Shown in pieces: positions 46,137-55,460 of a stretch of 64,000 nt of DNA. The notes under the pieces were generated by a model that saw only the letters and a program-made list of their open reading frames with translations, did no database searches and was not told the origin of the DNA. The first letter of the stretch is position 1. Every line of letters starts with the position of its first letter. The stretch comes from an uncultured virus (IMG/VR IMGVR_UViG_3300048589_000479). Its lineage: Duplodnaviria; Heunggongvirae; Uroviricota; Caudoviricetes. The DNA lies in IMG/VR virus record IMGVR_UViG_3300048589_000479. One strand, written 5' to 3'. The position numbers and the translations under genes were made by a program.

Positions 46137-47650
46137 GTTCTTCCTACTTCCTGGTTGGCGTCTTCGATTGCGATGTAGTGGTTGATGCGCGTCTGCGCGG
46201 TGGCAAGGAAGTTCTCGTCCTGCTCCATACCGACGAACTTGAAGCCCTCCTGCAATGCAGCGATGCCGGTCGTCCCGGAGCCCATGAACGGGTCGAGGAC
46301 CAGGCCGCCTTCCGGCGTGATGAGTCGGCACAGGTAGCGCATGAGCGCGATCGGCTTGACCGTCGGGTGGATGTTGCGACCCTCCAGGCCGGCCTTGCGC
46401 TCCGACGGAGACGCCTTCGCGCAGTAGAAGAAGCGACTGGCACCGGCGAGGCCGTCGCCGTGGAACACGCCGCCGCCTGGCTTCGGGTCGAAGTGACCGT
46501 AGATGCCGCTCTCGCCCGTCACGGCGTCCTGGTTGCCGGTCACGCGGGCAATGGCGCCGGCTCGCGGTGCCTGCTGGTCCATGATCCGCACGGGGCAGTC
46601 CTCGTGGCAGCGCCAGACCTCGATCTCCTGGTCGCCGTACACCTGTCCGTTCGGCGTGCCGTCGCCCGAGTCGGCGCCGATGTTGACGAAGCCTCCCTCG
46701 CGGGTTCCGTCGAGCTCGACGTTGACGCGGGCATCGCCTGGCACCACGACTGCCTCGCCGGTGCTCTCGCACAGCGGGTGGTGGGTCAGAATGATGTTGG
46801 CGGGCCAGCGACCTTCGGCCACGGTCGGCGCCGTCTCGTCCGTCTCCTGGTAGCCGCCGTCGTGCCGGTAGCCGTTCCAGCCGGCCATGCCGGGGGCGTT
46901 GACCATCTGCTCGGACCCGACGCGGCAGGCGCCGATGTTGATCGCGCCCGTCCCGTGTTCGAGCACGCACTGGACGGTGTTCGCCTTCTTCGTGGTGCCG
47001 GGTCGCTTGCCGGGGATCCGTCGCGGCTTGCGCGCCAGGATGATCGGCTCGTAGGCCGGCTTCAAGTTCGTGTTCCAGTCGCGCCAGGGCAGTGCGAGCT
47101 CGTGGCTCTCGCCGACCTGCACGAGCCGGTTGGCCGTGTTGTTGTAGCCGTCCTCTTCGGTGTTCATGAAGCCGACGCCCTCGGCGGGCCGCTCCTCGAA
47201 CTCGACGCCGAAGTGCTTGTTGATGCCCTTCTCGATGTTGTCACCCTTCGGGAAGCCGGACCCGTAGATCCACATGAGGGTGTCGCGGATCTCGAAGCCC
47301 GCGTCCTCCAGGCCGGCTGTCAGCCGGTGGAACATGCGGGTGCCGCCGAACGCGAGGATATGGCCGCCGGGCTTCAACACGCGCATGGCCTCGGCGCCCC
47401 AGGCCGCGCACCACTCCTGGAAGAGCAGCGGGTCAGTCTTCGACATATCGGGGCGCGGCACGCCGGCCGGGATGCCCTGGAAGCCGCCGGAGATCCCGGT
47501 GGCCTCGCCGACCATGCGCTTCGGGGAGTCCCAGGTCTTCCCCATGAACTCGATGCCGTAGGGCGGGTCGCATACGATCGCGTCGATCTTCTCGGCCTTG
47601 CCCGCTCGCATGAGCTCGATGCAGTCGCCGTGGGAGAGTCGGAACGTCAC
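46133..47650 (-). CDS. DNA methyltransferase (N6A/N4C, beta class)
   Basis: DPPY, HPTVKP, DPFMGSGTT. Confidence 0.88.
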   Translation of the reverse strand: MTFRLSHGDCIELMRAGKAEKIDAIVCDPPYGIEFMGKTWDSPKRMVGEATGISGGFQGIPAGVPRPDMSKTDPLLFQEWCAAWGAEAMRVLKPGGHILAFGGTRMFHRLTAGLEDAGFEIRDTLMWIYGSGFPKGDNIEKGINKHFGVEFEERPAEGVGFMNTEEDGYNNTANRLVQVGESHELALPWRDWNTNLKPAYEPIILARKPRRIPGKRPGTTKKANTVQCVLEHGTGAINIGACRVGSEQMVNAPGMAGWNGYRHDGGYQETDETAPTVAEGRWPANIILTHHPLCESTGEAVVVPGDARVNVELDGTREGGFVNIGADSGDGTPNGQVYGDQEIEVWRCHEDCPVRIMDQQAPRAGAIARVTGNQDAVTGESGIYGHFDPKPGGGVFHGDGLAGASRFFYCAKASPSERKAGLEGRNIHPTVKPIALMRYLCRLITPEGGLVLDPFMGSGTTGIAALQEGFKFVGMEQDENFLATAQTRINHYIAIEDANQEVGRT

Positions 47651-48597
47651 GCGGTCACTTCCTTCGGTCGAGCCGCGACGATGCGCTCGGCGGCCATCTT
47701 CGCGTACTCGGGGTTGAGCTCGATGCCGATGCAGCGACGTCCATGCTGCTCTGCTACCAGCGCGGTCGTGCCGGCTCCGAAGAACGGGTCGATCACGGTG
47801 TCGCCTACGGCGCTGCCGGCAAGGATGCACGGCTCGATGAGCGCGGGCGGGAACGTGGCGAAGTGAGCGCCCTTGAAGGGCCTGGTCGCGACCGTCCAGA
47901 CGCTGCGACGGTTGCGCGTGGGGCTCGAGTCGCCGTCCTTGTATTTCGCGGCAAGCGACGCCAGCCCGCTGTTGCCGCCGTTCCCGGCGCCGTAGTGCTG
48001 CGTTTCCTTGATCCCCGTTCCAGGACCGCCCTTCGAACAGTCCTTCGCGGGCTCGCGTACCGCGTCAGAGTCGTAGTAGTAGCGCTGCTGTTTCGCGAGC
48101 AGGAACAGGTACTCGTGGCTCTTCGTCGGGCGATCCTTCACCGACTCTGGCATCGGGTTCGGCTTGTGCCAAATGATGTCCGAGCGCAGATACCACCCAT
48201 CGGACTGCAAGGCGAGTGCGACGCGCCACGGGATGCCGAGCAGATCCTTGTGCTTCGTACCGTCGCCCATCGGCTTGTCGTTCGGCCGGACGCCGAACCG
48301 ACGCGCGCCGCTCTTCGGATCGACGCCCTGCGACGCCCCCTTGTGCGAGGCGTAGCTGTCGCCCAGGTTGAGCCATAGCGTGCCGTCGTCAGCGAGCACG
48401 CGGCGCACTTCGCGGAACACGTCTACGAGTCGCTCGATGTAGTCGGCGGGCGTCTGCTCGAGGCCGATCTGCGCGTCGCCCGTGCCGTAGTCGCGCAGGC
48501 CGAAGTACGGCGGCGACGTGACGCAGGTGCGGGCGATTCCGTCCGGCAGCGTGCGAAGATGCTCGAGCGCATCGCCGATGAGGATGCGGCCCGCCAT
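47647..48597 (-). CDS. DNA methyltransferase (SPPY, N4C-like beta class)
   Basis: TSPPY, IIWHKPNPMPES, HFATFP, DPFFGAGTT. Confidence 0.9.
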   Translation of the reverse strand: MAGRILIGDALEHLRTLPDGIARTCVTSPPYFGLRDYGTGDAQIGLEQTPADYIERLVDVFREVRRVLADDGTLWLNLGDSYASHKGASQGVDPKSGARRFGVRPNDKPMGDGTKHKDLLGIPWRVALALQSDGWYLRSDIIWHKPNPMPESVKDRPTKSHEYLFLLAKQQRYYYDSDAVREPAKDCSKGGPGTGIKETQHYGAGNGGNSGLASLAAKYKDGDSSPTRNRRSVWTVATRPFKGAHFATFPPALIEPCILAGSAVGDTVIDPFFGAGTTALVAEQHGRRCIGIELNPEYAKMAAERIVAARPKEVTA

Positions 48598-49070
48598 CAC
48601 ATGAGTCCCTTCACGGCGAACGAGTTGGAGGCGGCCCAGAGCGCCAGCGGCAGCGCCGGGTAGATCACAGCGTCGCCGAGCACGAGCCATGCCGCGCACG
48701 CGACGAGCGAGGTCCAGAAGCTCATGCAGTACGGGCACTCGAACAACTGGCCGAAGAAGCCTGGCACGCGCGGCCCCTGGGCTGGGTCGAACTCGTAGCC
48801 CATGAACGTGTCGAAGTCGGCGCAGGTGCCAGTAGCCTCGTCGACCGGGACGATCTGGACCTTCGTCTCGGTCCAGTGGTAGTAGCGCGCTGGACGGGGC
48901 GAGTCCCCGGTGTCGGGGTCGCGCTCCAGGATCGTGCCCTCCTCCGGCGCCGAGCGCAGCCAGATCCACTCGCGCAGCGGCCGTGCGATCTCGTCCTTCG
49001 TGAGCAGGTAGGCGACGCGGCCGGAGGCCAGTGTCAGCAGGGCGAAGGTGGCGGCGTCAGCGGCGTGCAT
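48597..49070 (-). CDS. DUF1360-like membrane protein with CPYC
   Basis: LASGRVAYLLTKDEIARPLR and GQLFECPYCMSFW; about three hydrophobic helices. Confidence 0.75.
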   Translation of the reverse strand: MHAADAATFALLTLASGRVAYLLTKDEIARPLREWIWLRSAPEEGTILERDPDTGDSPRPARYYHWTETKVQIVPVDEATGTCADFDTFMGYEFDPAQGPRVPGFFGQLFECPYCMSFWTSLVACAAWLVLGDAVIYPALPLALWAASNSFAVKGLM

Positions 49071-49293
49071 TGTCGACTCCGATCATGGCGCCGGAGGACG
49101 CCTTCGCGATGAACGTGGCGTCGAAGAGCATGTGCTTCGGGCCGCCGTTGGAGTAGCCGATCAGCGCGCCGCCCTTCGCCTTCACAGCGGCCCCGACCTT
49201 GTTGGACAGGTACTCGTAGCGCGGCGGCACGTCGGCGTCCGGGTCCATCGCAACGACGTCGCAGAGGTCGGCGTACTCGTCGAGCTCCTGCAT
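49057..49293 (-). CDS. Hypothetical protein
   Basis: MQELDEYADL.. Confidence 0.5.
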   Translation of the reverse strand: MQELDEYADLCDVVAMDPDADVPPRYEYLSNKVGAAVKAKGGALIGYSNGGPKHMLFDATFIAKASSGAMIGVDNARR

Positions 49294-49384
49294 GGTGATA
49301 GCTAGTGTCGCAGACACTTCGTCTCCCTCCCTGGCCCCGCTCCCACGAGGTCCGTTTTGCCGGCCCACACCGGCGGCGCAGAAT

Positions 49385-49726
49385 CTAAACCTGCTCGCCG
49401 AAGTCCGTCAAGTGTTCTTCTTCATTCCGCAAGTTGTTCTTCGCAACGTGCGGGTTTTTCTTCTTCTCTAGGCGACGGTGCAACTCCTCCAAACCGCGTT
49501 TGTGGCGCTTGCGGTCGGCGTGGTTGCGGCACGACGCCAGGTGGTAGCCGTCGCACTTGCGACAGAGGTAGGCATACGCCTTCTTCCCTCGCTTCATGTT
49601 CCGGTGCTTGCCAGCGGCCACGAGTTCAACGACGAACCAGGCACTCTCGGCGTTGGGCCAGCGTTCCTTCGGCTTGCCGTCGCGAGACGTGCACGGGTCG
49701 TCCCTGATGTTCGCGACCGTGACCAT
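49385..49726 (-). CDS. Basic Zn-binding protein
   Basis: C..K..AYLCRKCDGYHL; leaderless. Confidence 0.65.
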   Translation of the reverse strand: MVTVANIRDDPCTSRDGKPKERWPNAESAWFVVELVAAGKHRNMKRGKKAYAYLCRKCDGYHLASCRNHADRKRHKRGLEELHRRLEKKKNPHVAKNNLRNEEEHLTDFGEQV

Positions 49727-49731
49727 GCCGT

Positions 49732-49755
49732 AGCTTCGCAGCGGGGTCGGACGCA
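49732..49755 (-). promoter_or_regulatory. Class II promoter TGCGTCCGA-N9-GAAGCT
   Basis: ATG 5 nt downstream. Confidence 0.6.
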
Positions 49756-49777
49756 GCCGATGAAGAAGAGGAGAGCG

Positions 49778-51352
49778 TCAGCCGGAGTGCCAGGAGTCGC
49801 CCTGGCGCCCGGTGAGCAGGAAGTAGGTCGCGCCGTACACGTTGGCGTCCACGCGGTCGGGGGACTTCGCCTTCGGATCCTTCGGGTTCCAGGACTTCCA
49901 CTGCCATTCGAGCAGCGTGAAGTTCGCCCACTCCGAGATCCGGCGGCACGGACACAGGAGAACCTTCTTCACCTGGTACAGCACGGCGACCGGATCGGCG
50001 CGTTCCTTCTTCGACTTGTTGTTGTGATAGATCGGCTCGACCTTGATCGGACGACCGATCTCTTCGAGCTTCTCTTTCAGCACTCGCTCCACGACGTCGA
50101 GCACGAGCGACTTGTCATCCTCGACCACGAGCCGGTCGATCTCCGGGAACGCGGCCAGCACTTCGATGATCCGCTCGCCCCACGCCTTCGGTCCACCGGG
50201 GGTGGAGGCGTCGGCGAAGACGTAGGCTCGGCCGTTGTAGAGGCCCATGACGATGATGCCGCACTCGTCGCTCTTCTTGTTCGACGAGTGGTTGGCGTCG
50301 ATCACGCAGACGACTTCGCTGCACATCTCCGGCGTGGCGTACCACTCGTGGTCCGGGTCGCCGACGCGCACGTTCTCCAGGTCGGCCTCCGACAGCAGCG
50401 CGTGGGGCGACTCGAGGATCAGGTGGCCTTCGAGCTTCTGCTGCGCGAACGCCGAGTCGCCGGCCTCGCGGTACATCTTCCCGGTCTTCTTCTTGTCCAG
50501 GTTCGCGATGTTGTCGCGCGTGGCAAGCTGCGTCCACTCGTACTCTTCGGGCCACTTCTCCGTGGAATCGTGCAGATCCTTGATGAGCAGCGTCGCTTCC
50601 GGCGTGCCGCTCATCAGGTGGCGCACCGGCTCGCCGTTGTCGCCGAGCAGACGCACGCCTGGTTCGAGGCGCTTGCGCCAGATGCACTCGTCGCCACCTT
50701 GACCCAGGAGCTCGGCGAGCTCGTCGAGCCACGACAGGTGGTACTCCTCGCCCTCGATCGAGCCGGGTTCCTTCGACGAGAGGCAGTTGACCTGCGAGCC
50801 GTTCGCGAGCGTGAGGATGTTCTTCACGTCGTTCCAGCGCCAGATCAAGCCGGGGTCGAACTCCTCCAGGAGCGTCTTGAGCCCGGAGCGGCCCTTGATG
50901 CCGACGCCGACTGACACCTTGAAGTCCGGACCCAGGTACGCGGCCCGCATGTTGGGGCGACGGAGGAGCTCCTGCACGTTGAAGCCGTTGCAGGTCATCG
51001 TCTTTCCCGAGCCGCGACCGCCCATGAACGTGTGCGTGGACACGTCGCCCCGGCTCTCGGGATCCATCAGCCATGCCGGGATCTGCTGGAAGCGCGCGAC
51101 GCGGCGCGTGGGCACGCACTGCTGACACGGACGGACCTCAACCGACGGCGGCAGCTTGCAGATCCGGCACGTCTCGAGTCGCTCGACGGCGTGCGGCGCG
51201 TACAGGCGGGCGAACCAGGTCCGGCGCATGATGCCACCGGCGTAGGCGCACTTCTCCTCGCCGTCCATCTTCGCGTACTCGTTGGCAGCGTCGCGCGCCT
51301 TGTCGGTCTTCCCGCGCTCGATAGCGCTGGCGGGTGCCTGCGGGCCGAGCAC
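49778..51352 (-). CDS. terL: Terminase large subunit
   Basis: GGRGSGKT, WLDELA, SGTP, VIDAN..DECGI, SPDRVDA. Confidence 0.9.
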   Translation of the reverse strand: MLGPQAPASAIERGKTDKARDAANEYAKMDGEEKCAYAGGIMRRTWFARLYAPHAVERLETCRICKLPPSVEVRPCQQCVPTRRVARFQQIPAWLMDPESRGDVSTHTFMGGRGSGKTMTCNGFNVQELLRRPNMRAAYLGPDFKVSVGVGIKGRSGLKTLLEEFDPGLIWRWNDVKNILTLANGSQVNCLSSKEPGSIEGEEYHLSWLDELAELLGQGGDECIWRKRLEPGVRLLGDNGEPVRHLMSGTPEATLLIKDLHDSTEKWPEEYEWTQLATRDNIANLDKKKTGKMYREAGDSAFAQQKLEGHLILESPHALLSEADLENVRVGDPDHEWYATPEMCSEVVCVIDANHSSNKKSDECGIIVMGLYNGRAYVFADASTPGGPKAWGERIIEVLAAFPEIDRLVVEDDKSLVLDVVERVLKEKLEEIGRPIKVEPIYHNNKSKKERADPVAVLYQVKKVLLCPCRRISEWANFTLLEWQWKSWNPKDPKAKSPDRVDANVYGATYFLLTGRQGDSWHSG

Positions 51353-51862
51353 CTACGCCTCCGGGCCGAGCAGCAGTTCGAGATCCTCGGTGACACGCTG
51401 CACGACGTCGTGCTGCACCTTGAGGTCGGCGACACCTGCGCCTCGGCGCACCATCTCGGAGCCGGCCTGCAAAAGCGCCTGGATGTCCCGGACCTTGAGC
51501 AGCGCCGGGTTCTTGAGCTTGATCGCTTCGAGCCCGAGCCGGAGCATGATCTGGCCGGCGGCGTACTGCGTGGCGAGCGCCTCGTCCTCGCGCGGCTGGA
51601 TCGCTGACGTGATCGCCACCACGGTCGCATCGTAGGCGCGGCACCGATCGTCCCATGCGTGCTTCGCAGCGGCGGCGCGCAGCAGCTTGACGGGGATTCC
51701 GACGAGACGAGCGGCGCGCGCGATCTCTCGCGTCTCGCCGAGCTCGGCGTAGCGCACGAACCAGGCGTACTCGTAGTTCGTCTCGCCGGTGCGCTGCTCC
51801 CAGACGGGGCGCGCTGTCAGCGAGTCGATTGCGTGGTCGTCGTGCGGAACGATGTCAGTCAT
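51353..51862 (-). CDS. terS: Terminase small subunit (putative)
   Basis: WEQRTGETNYEYAWF..Y..LG..W..R..AYD; directly upstream of TerL. Confidence 0.65.
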   Translation of the reverse strand: MTDIVPHDDHAIDSLTARPVWEQRTGETNYEYAWFVRYAELGETREIARAARLVGIPVKLLRAAAAKHAWDDRCRAYDATVVAITSAIQPREDEALATQYAAGQIMLRLGLEAIKLKNPALLKVRDIQALLQAGSEMVRRGAGVADLKVQHDVVQRVTEDLELLLGPEA

Positions 51863-52197
51863 CAGTGCAGGTCCATCGACAGCTTCGCGAGCGCCAGGCC
51901 GGACGCGCGCATTTCCTTCGAGTCGCCGAGCTCGGCTGCGATCTCGTAGCTCTTCTGGACACGCCCCCATGCGAGCACGAGCGTCCATGCGCCCTGGAGC
52001 TCTGGCGGCGCCGACTCGGTGAGCTCGTACAGCGCGCGCGCCGCAGCTTCGTCGCCGACCTCGCGGGCCAGCGCCGGCACGTTGCCGAGCACGAGCAGGC
52101 GGTCGATCAGATCCTTCATCGCCAGGTCGTGCGGGTTCATGACCGCGCGCGTCGTGGCCTCGATCTTCTTCCGTCGCTGGATCTCTTCGTAAGTCAT
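51862..52197 (-). CDS. Hypothetical helical protein
   Basis: MTYEEIQRR..; coupled. Confidence 0.6.
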   Translation of the reverse strand: MTYEEIQRRKKIEATTRAVMNPHDLAMKDLIDRLLVLGNVPALAREVGDEAAARALYELTESAPPELQGAWTLVLAWGRVQKSYEIAAELGDSKEMRASGLALAKLSMDLH

Positions 52198-52760
52198 GAG
52201 TACCGCCGTCCCGACTCGTGCATGGCGTCGCGGTCGCGCTCGGCGAAGTGCTCCTTCGTGTCGCGCCACTCCGCACGCTCGCGCAGGTCCACATCGACCA
52301 CGCCGCGCAGCACGAACTTCGTGTAGTGGTGCACTTCTTCGTCCGACATTTCACCCTTCATGTACCGCTCCATTTCCTTGCGCGGAGGGCGGGTGATCGA
52401 CCAGTGCGTGCACGCGATCTCTTCGAGAACGCGCTTGCGGATCCACAGGTAGAGGTAGGTGTCAGCCTGGATCGGCCGGCCTTTGTAGAGCTTGCGCGGC
52501 TCGTAGCGATCGATGCCTTCGAGGACGCCTTGCCGCGATGCTTGTTCGAGGTCGGCGATCTCGACCCGCGTGTGGCGCGGCATCTTGTTCGCGTACTGCT
52601 GCGCGATCTTCGGACCCATCGGCATCGCGAGCTCGATTGCCAGGTCGCGCGCCGGCACGAGATACACGCCGTTCTCGCGCGCCTCGTGGATCGTGTTGTA
52701 CGGGCCGATCGCGTCGAGGATCACCTGGCGCACTCGTGCGTGGTCGATTCGCTCGCTCAA
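52194..52760 (-). CDS. Sigma-70 region 2-containing protein (truncated sigma factor)
   Basis: IAQQY..DLEQASRQGVLEGIDRYEP..TYLYLWIRKRV; no evident region-4 HTH. Confidence 0.7.
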   Translation of the reverse strand: MSERIDHARVRQVILDAIGPYNTIHEARENGVYLVPARDLAIELAMPMGPKIAQQYANKMPRHTRVEIADLEQASRQGVLEGIDRYEPRKLYKGRPIQADTYLYLWIRKRVLEEIACTHWSITRPPRKEMERYMKGEMSDEEVHHYTKFVLRGVVDVDLRERAEWRDTKEHFAERDRDAMHESGRRYS

Positions 52761-53008
52761 GTTGTGCCCCCCGGTGGCGGCACGGGAACGGCCACCTTCG
52801 CGTCGTAGATCTCGGCGACGTGTTCCAGGTTCTCGATCGAGCGCTCCGCGATCTCGGCGCCATGCAGCAGTGCCTCTATCGCGTCGCCCTGGTACGTCTC
52901 ACGACCGCGCGGGCCGTTCTCGATCGCGTCTGCCAGGTGGGTGAGCATCGACCGCGTGGACTCGGTGCGGGCGATCTCTTCGTCAAGGTGTTGGCGTGCT
53001 GGGTCCAT
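52757..53008 (-). CDS. Hypothetical protein
   Basis: 83 aa helical. Confidence 0.55.
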   Translation of the reverse strand: MDPARQHLDEEIARTESTRSMLTHLADAIENGPRGRETYQGDAIEALLHGAEIAERSIENLEHVAEIYDAKVAVPVPPPGGTT

Positions 53009-53321
53009 CGTCGCCGGGCATGGTAGCGGCGGTGCGCGGGCGCCCCTGATCGATCCACAGGGCGACCGTCTGCTCGGAGCGGCGCCACTGCGGGATCGGG
53101 CACGTCAGCCACTCGCGAATCTCGGCGAGCAGCCACAGGCGCCGGTTGGCGATGCGCGCCACGGGTGCCGGCATGGGGCCGTACAGCGCGTGCTCACGTC
53201 GTCCTGTCGCGTAGCTGCGCAGCGCGGCGTACTCCGGCGCCCCTTGCAGCTTCGAGACGTCCACGAGCCCCACGACCTCGTGAGGCTGGTACGTCGTTCG
53301 GTGCCACTCCGGAATCTCCAT
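52983..53321 (-). CDS. AlpA-like HTH protein
   Basis: VVGLVDVSKL..MPAPVARIANRRLWLLAEIREW; leaderless after TAACCT. Confidence 0.55.
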   Translation of the reverse strand: MEIPEWHRTTYQPHEVVGLVDVSKLQGAPEYAALRSYATGRREHALYGPMPAPVARIANRRLWLLAEIREWLTCPIPQWRRSEQTVALWIDQGRPRTAATMPGDDGPSTPTP

Positions 53322-53392
53322 AGAAGACAGGTTAGCCCGGCCGATGCACGAGGCATCGACCGGGCCATTCTGCCGAGCTTCTGACTGGACGA

Positions 53393-54772
53393 TCAGAAGT
53401 CGATGTCGTCCTCCGTCGCCGCGCCGCTCCCCACGGCAGCAGCGACGGGCTGGGCGACTGGCGCCGGTGCCGCAACGGGCGCGGCGGCCACGGGCTCCTG
53501 CGCCGGCACGGGAGCGGGGGCGACAGCAGCCACAGGCGCCGGTGCCGGAGCAGCGACGGGAGCGGGTGCCGGAGCCGCAGCGACCGGAGCCGGAGCGGGA
53601 GCAACCTGCGCCACTGGCGCCGGTGCCGGAGCGACGGGGGCCGGAGCCGCCGCCACAGGTGCCGGAGCGACGACCGTCGCCCCGAAGGTGTCGGCGAGGT
53701 TCTGCACGCCAGGATCCGGGGATCCCACCGCGTTCGCGAACGCCTGGTCGAGCTCCGCTGCCTGCGGGCTGATCGGAGCGACGACCTGCGCCGGTGCTGC
53801 CGGAGCGGGTGCTGCCGGGATCGCAGCCTCCACGTCGGCGTACACCGGGGCGGGCTGGGCCACCGGAGCGGCCACGGGAGCCGCCACGGGGACCGGAGCG
53901 CCCACCGCAGCCACCGGGACGGGCTGGCCCACCGGAAGCGCTGCGAGTGGAGCAGCGGGTGCCGCGAGCTCGGCGGGCTGTGCGACGCCGCGCGAGATCG
54001 CGAACGGGTCGGACGAGATCACCGGCTTCAGACCGGCCGCGAACTCCGTGGTCTGCGCGAGCAGAGCGGGTTCGAGGGGTCGTCCGGGGTGGAACTCGAC
54101 CTTCGAGTAGATCACGTTGCCCGGCCCCTGCTCCGGCGTGAGCGTCAGGATCGTCTCGACCGACGCGAGGCGAATGCCGCGCGTCAGCAGGCGACCCTTG
54201 TAGCCCTTGCCTCGACCTTCCCACGCGGGGATCGACGCGGCCGACAGGCGCACGAGGTACGGGATCGGAGCCGGCGAGCCGTGCAGCACCATGAAGAGCT
54301 CGCGGTAGCTGCTGTTCACGGGCGTGTCGGTGTTGCGGCCGGGGATGACCACGCCACCGTCCTTCGGGAACTTGTTGTACGGGCACTCGGCCAGGTTGCG
54401 CGAGGGGAACGGGAGCGACCATCCGTTCGCTGCGTTGAGCGCGGCGATCTTCTCGTATGTCTCCTGCGGCACGACCTGCACCACGCCGTCGTTGCTCCAG
54501 GCGTCCGGTCGGCGGCCGCCCTCGTCGCTGTCCTCGAACTTCTCGAGGTACAACTGCGTGGAGGGGCGGTGCCCGACGATCACGCCTCGGAGCTCGCGGG
54601 TGGGCTGGAAGGTGGGATCGTCCCGGTCCTCCCAGGTGGTGCCGCCACCGGCGGGAACCTTGATGCGGGGGAAGTCGGGCTGGAAGTCCGGGCCGCCCTC
54701 CTCGCGCCAGACCTCGGCGAGCGCGGAGGCGCCAGCGAGGTTGTATTCGGAAGCTACTGCGACTTCGCTCAT
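53393..54772 (-). CDS. Putative single-stranded DNA-binding protein with long Ala/Pro/Val tail
   Basis: FPRIKVPAGGG N-terminal domain; acidic-aromatic end EDDIDF. Confidence 0.6.
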   Translation of the reverse strand: MSEVAVASEYNLAGASALAEVWREEGGPDFQPDFPRIKVPAGGGTTWEDRDDPTFQPTRELRGVIVGHRPSTQLYLEKFEDSDEGGRRPDAWSNDGVVQVVPQETYEKIAALNAANGWSLPFPSRNLAECPYNKFPKDGGVVIPGRNTDTPVNSSYRELFMVLHGSPAPIPYLVRLSAASIPAWEGRGKGYKGRLLTRGIRLASVETILTLTPEQGPGNVIYSKVEFHPGRPLEPALLAQTTEFAAGLKPVISSDPFAISRGVAQPAELAAPAAPLAALPVGQPVPVAAVGAPVPVAAPVAAPVAQPAPVYADVEAAIPAAPAPAAPAQVVAPISPQAAELDQAFANAVGSPDPGVQNLADTFGATVVAPAPVAAAPAPVAPAPAPVAQVAPAPAPVAAAPAPAPVAAPAPAPVAAVAPAPVPAQEPVAAAPVAAPAPVAQPVAAAVGSGAATEDDIDF

Positions 54773-54822
54773 TCTGTGTCCTTCATCGTGATTTCCGTGG
54801 CCGCCTTTTGAGCGGTGGGAAG

Positions 54823-54846
54823 ATCATGAAGAAGGGGTCGGACGCA
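54823..54846 (-). promoter_or_regulatory. Class II promoter TGCGTCCGA-N9-CATGAT
   Basis: Upstream of SSB-like gene. Confidence 0.7.
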
Positions 54847-54863
54847 GCCGTTGCAGATGCAGC

Positions 54864-54889
54864 AGGGCGGCCCCGTGTGGAGCCGCCCT
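54864..54889 (-). terminator. GC hairpin
   Basis: AGGGCGGC/GCCGCCCT stem between genes. Confidence 0.45.
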
Positions 54890-54916
54890 TCGCGATGGAA
54901 CCTGGTTGTTGTCGAG

Positions 54917-55072
54917 CTACTTGCGCTTGAAGTAGATCGTCTTGTTCTCGGCGTCGTTGTCCTGGATCTCGTCGAACTCGTAGCCGTCGGGTGCGCTGAT
55001 CTCGTAGCTCACCGTGGCGCCGTCGTTCTCGACCAGTGCGGGGCTGACGCCCAGGGTCACGTCGTCATCCAT
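54917..55072 (-). CDS. Small acidic protein
   Basis: MDDDVTLG..; own class II promoter. Confidence 0.55.
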   Translation of the reverse strand: MDDDVTLGVSPALVENDGATVSYEISAPDGYEFDEIQDNDAENKTIYFKRK

Positions 55073-55106
55073 GTTGCACTCGCTTTCGTTCGTGGTTGGC
55101 TGGAAC

Positions 55107-55130
55107 ATCATGAAGAAGCGGTCGGACGCT
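55107..55130 (-). promoter_or_regulatory. Class II promoter AGCGTCCGA-N9-CATGAT
   Basis: One mismatch to consensus box. Confidence 0.65.
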
Positions 55131-55226
55131 AGAACGCGCCGCCTCGACGAGCGGTAGCTGTCACCATGCCGAGCCACAGCGCGGGGCGATAGCACGTCAC
55201 GAGCCAGGCACCGTGGTACGCCTGCG

Positions 55227-55460
55227 TCATCGCAGCTTCGCCCCAACGCTCTCGACGAGAACGATCCGCATGGCGCCTGTCATGGCGCTGCGCACGCCGA
55301 TCGCGCCGCCAGCCTGGAGCAGGTGCACGTTCTCGGCCTGCTCTGCCAGCGGGAAGAACGGGACGGGCGGCGACTCGAAGCCGCACGAGCACACGGCCTT
55401 CATCTGCTGGCCCGGAGCTTCGGGTGCCGGGGCGATCGTTGTCTCGTGCGGGACCGTCAT
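55227..55460 (-). CDS. Small Zn-binding-like protein
   Basis: H..AVCSCG..H; coupled. Confidence 0.55.
   Translation of the reverse strand: MTVPHETTIAPAPEAPGQQMKAVCSCGFESPPVPFFPLAEQAENVHLLQAGGAIGVRSAMTGAMRIVLVESVGAKLR

Noticed and set aside
51353..51355. Genome-wide TAG recoding
   Set aside because: Long genes have no internal TAG, and other TAG stops end genes sensibly.
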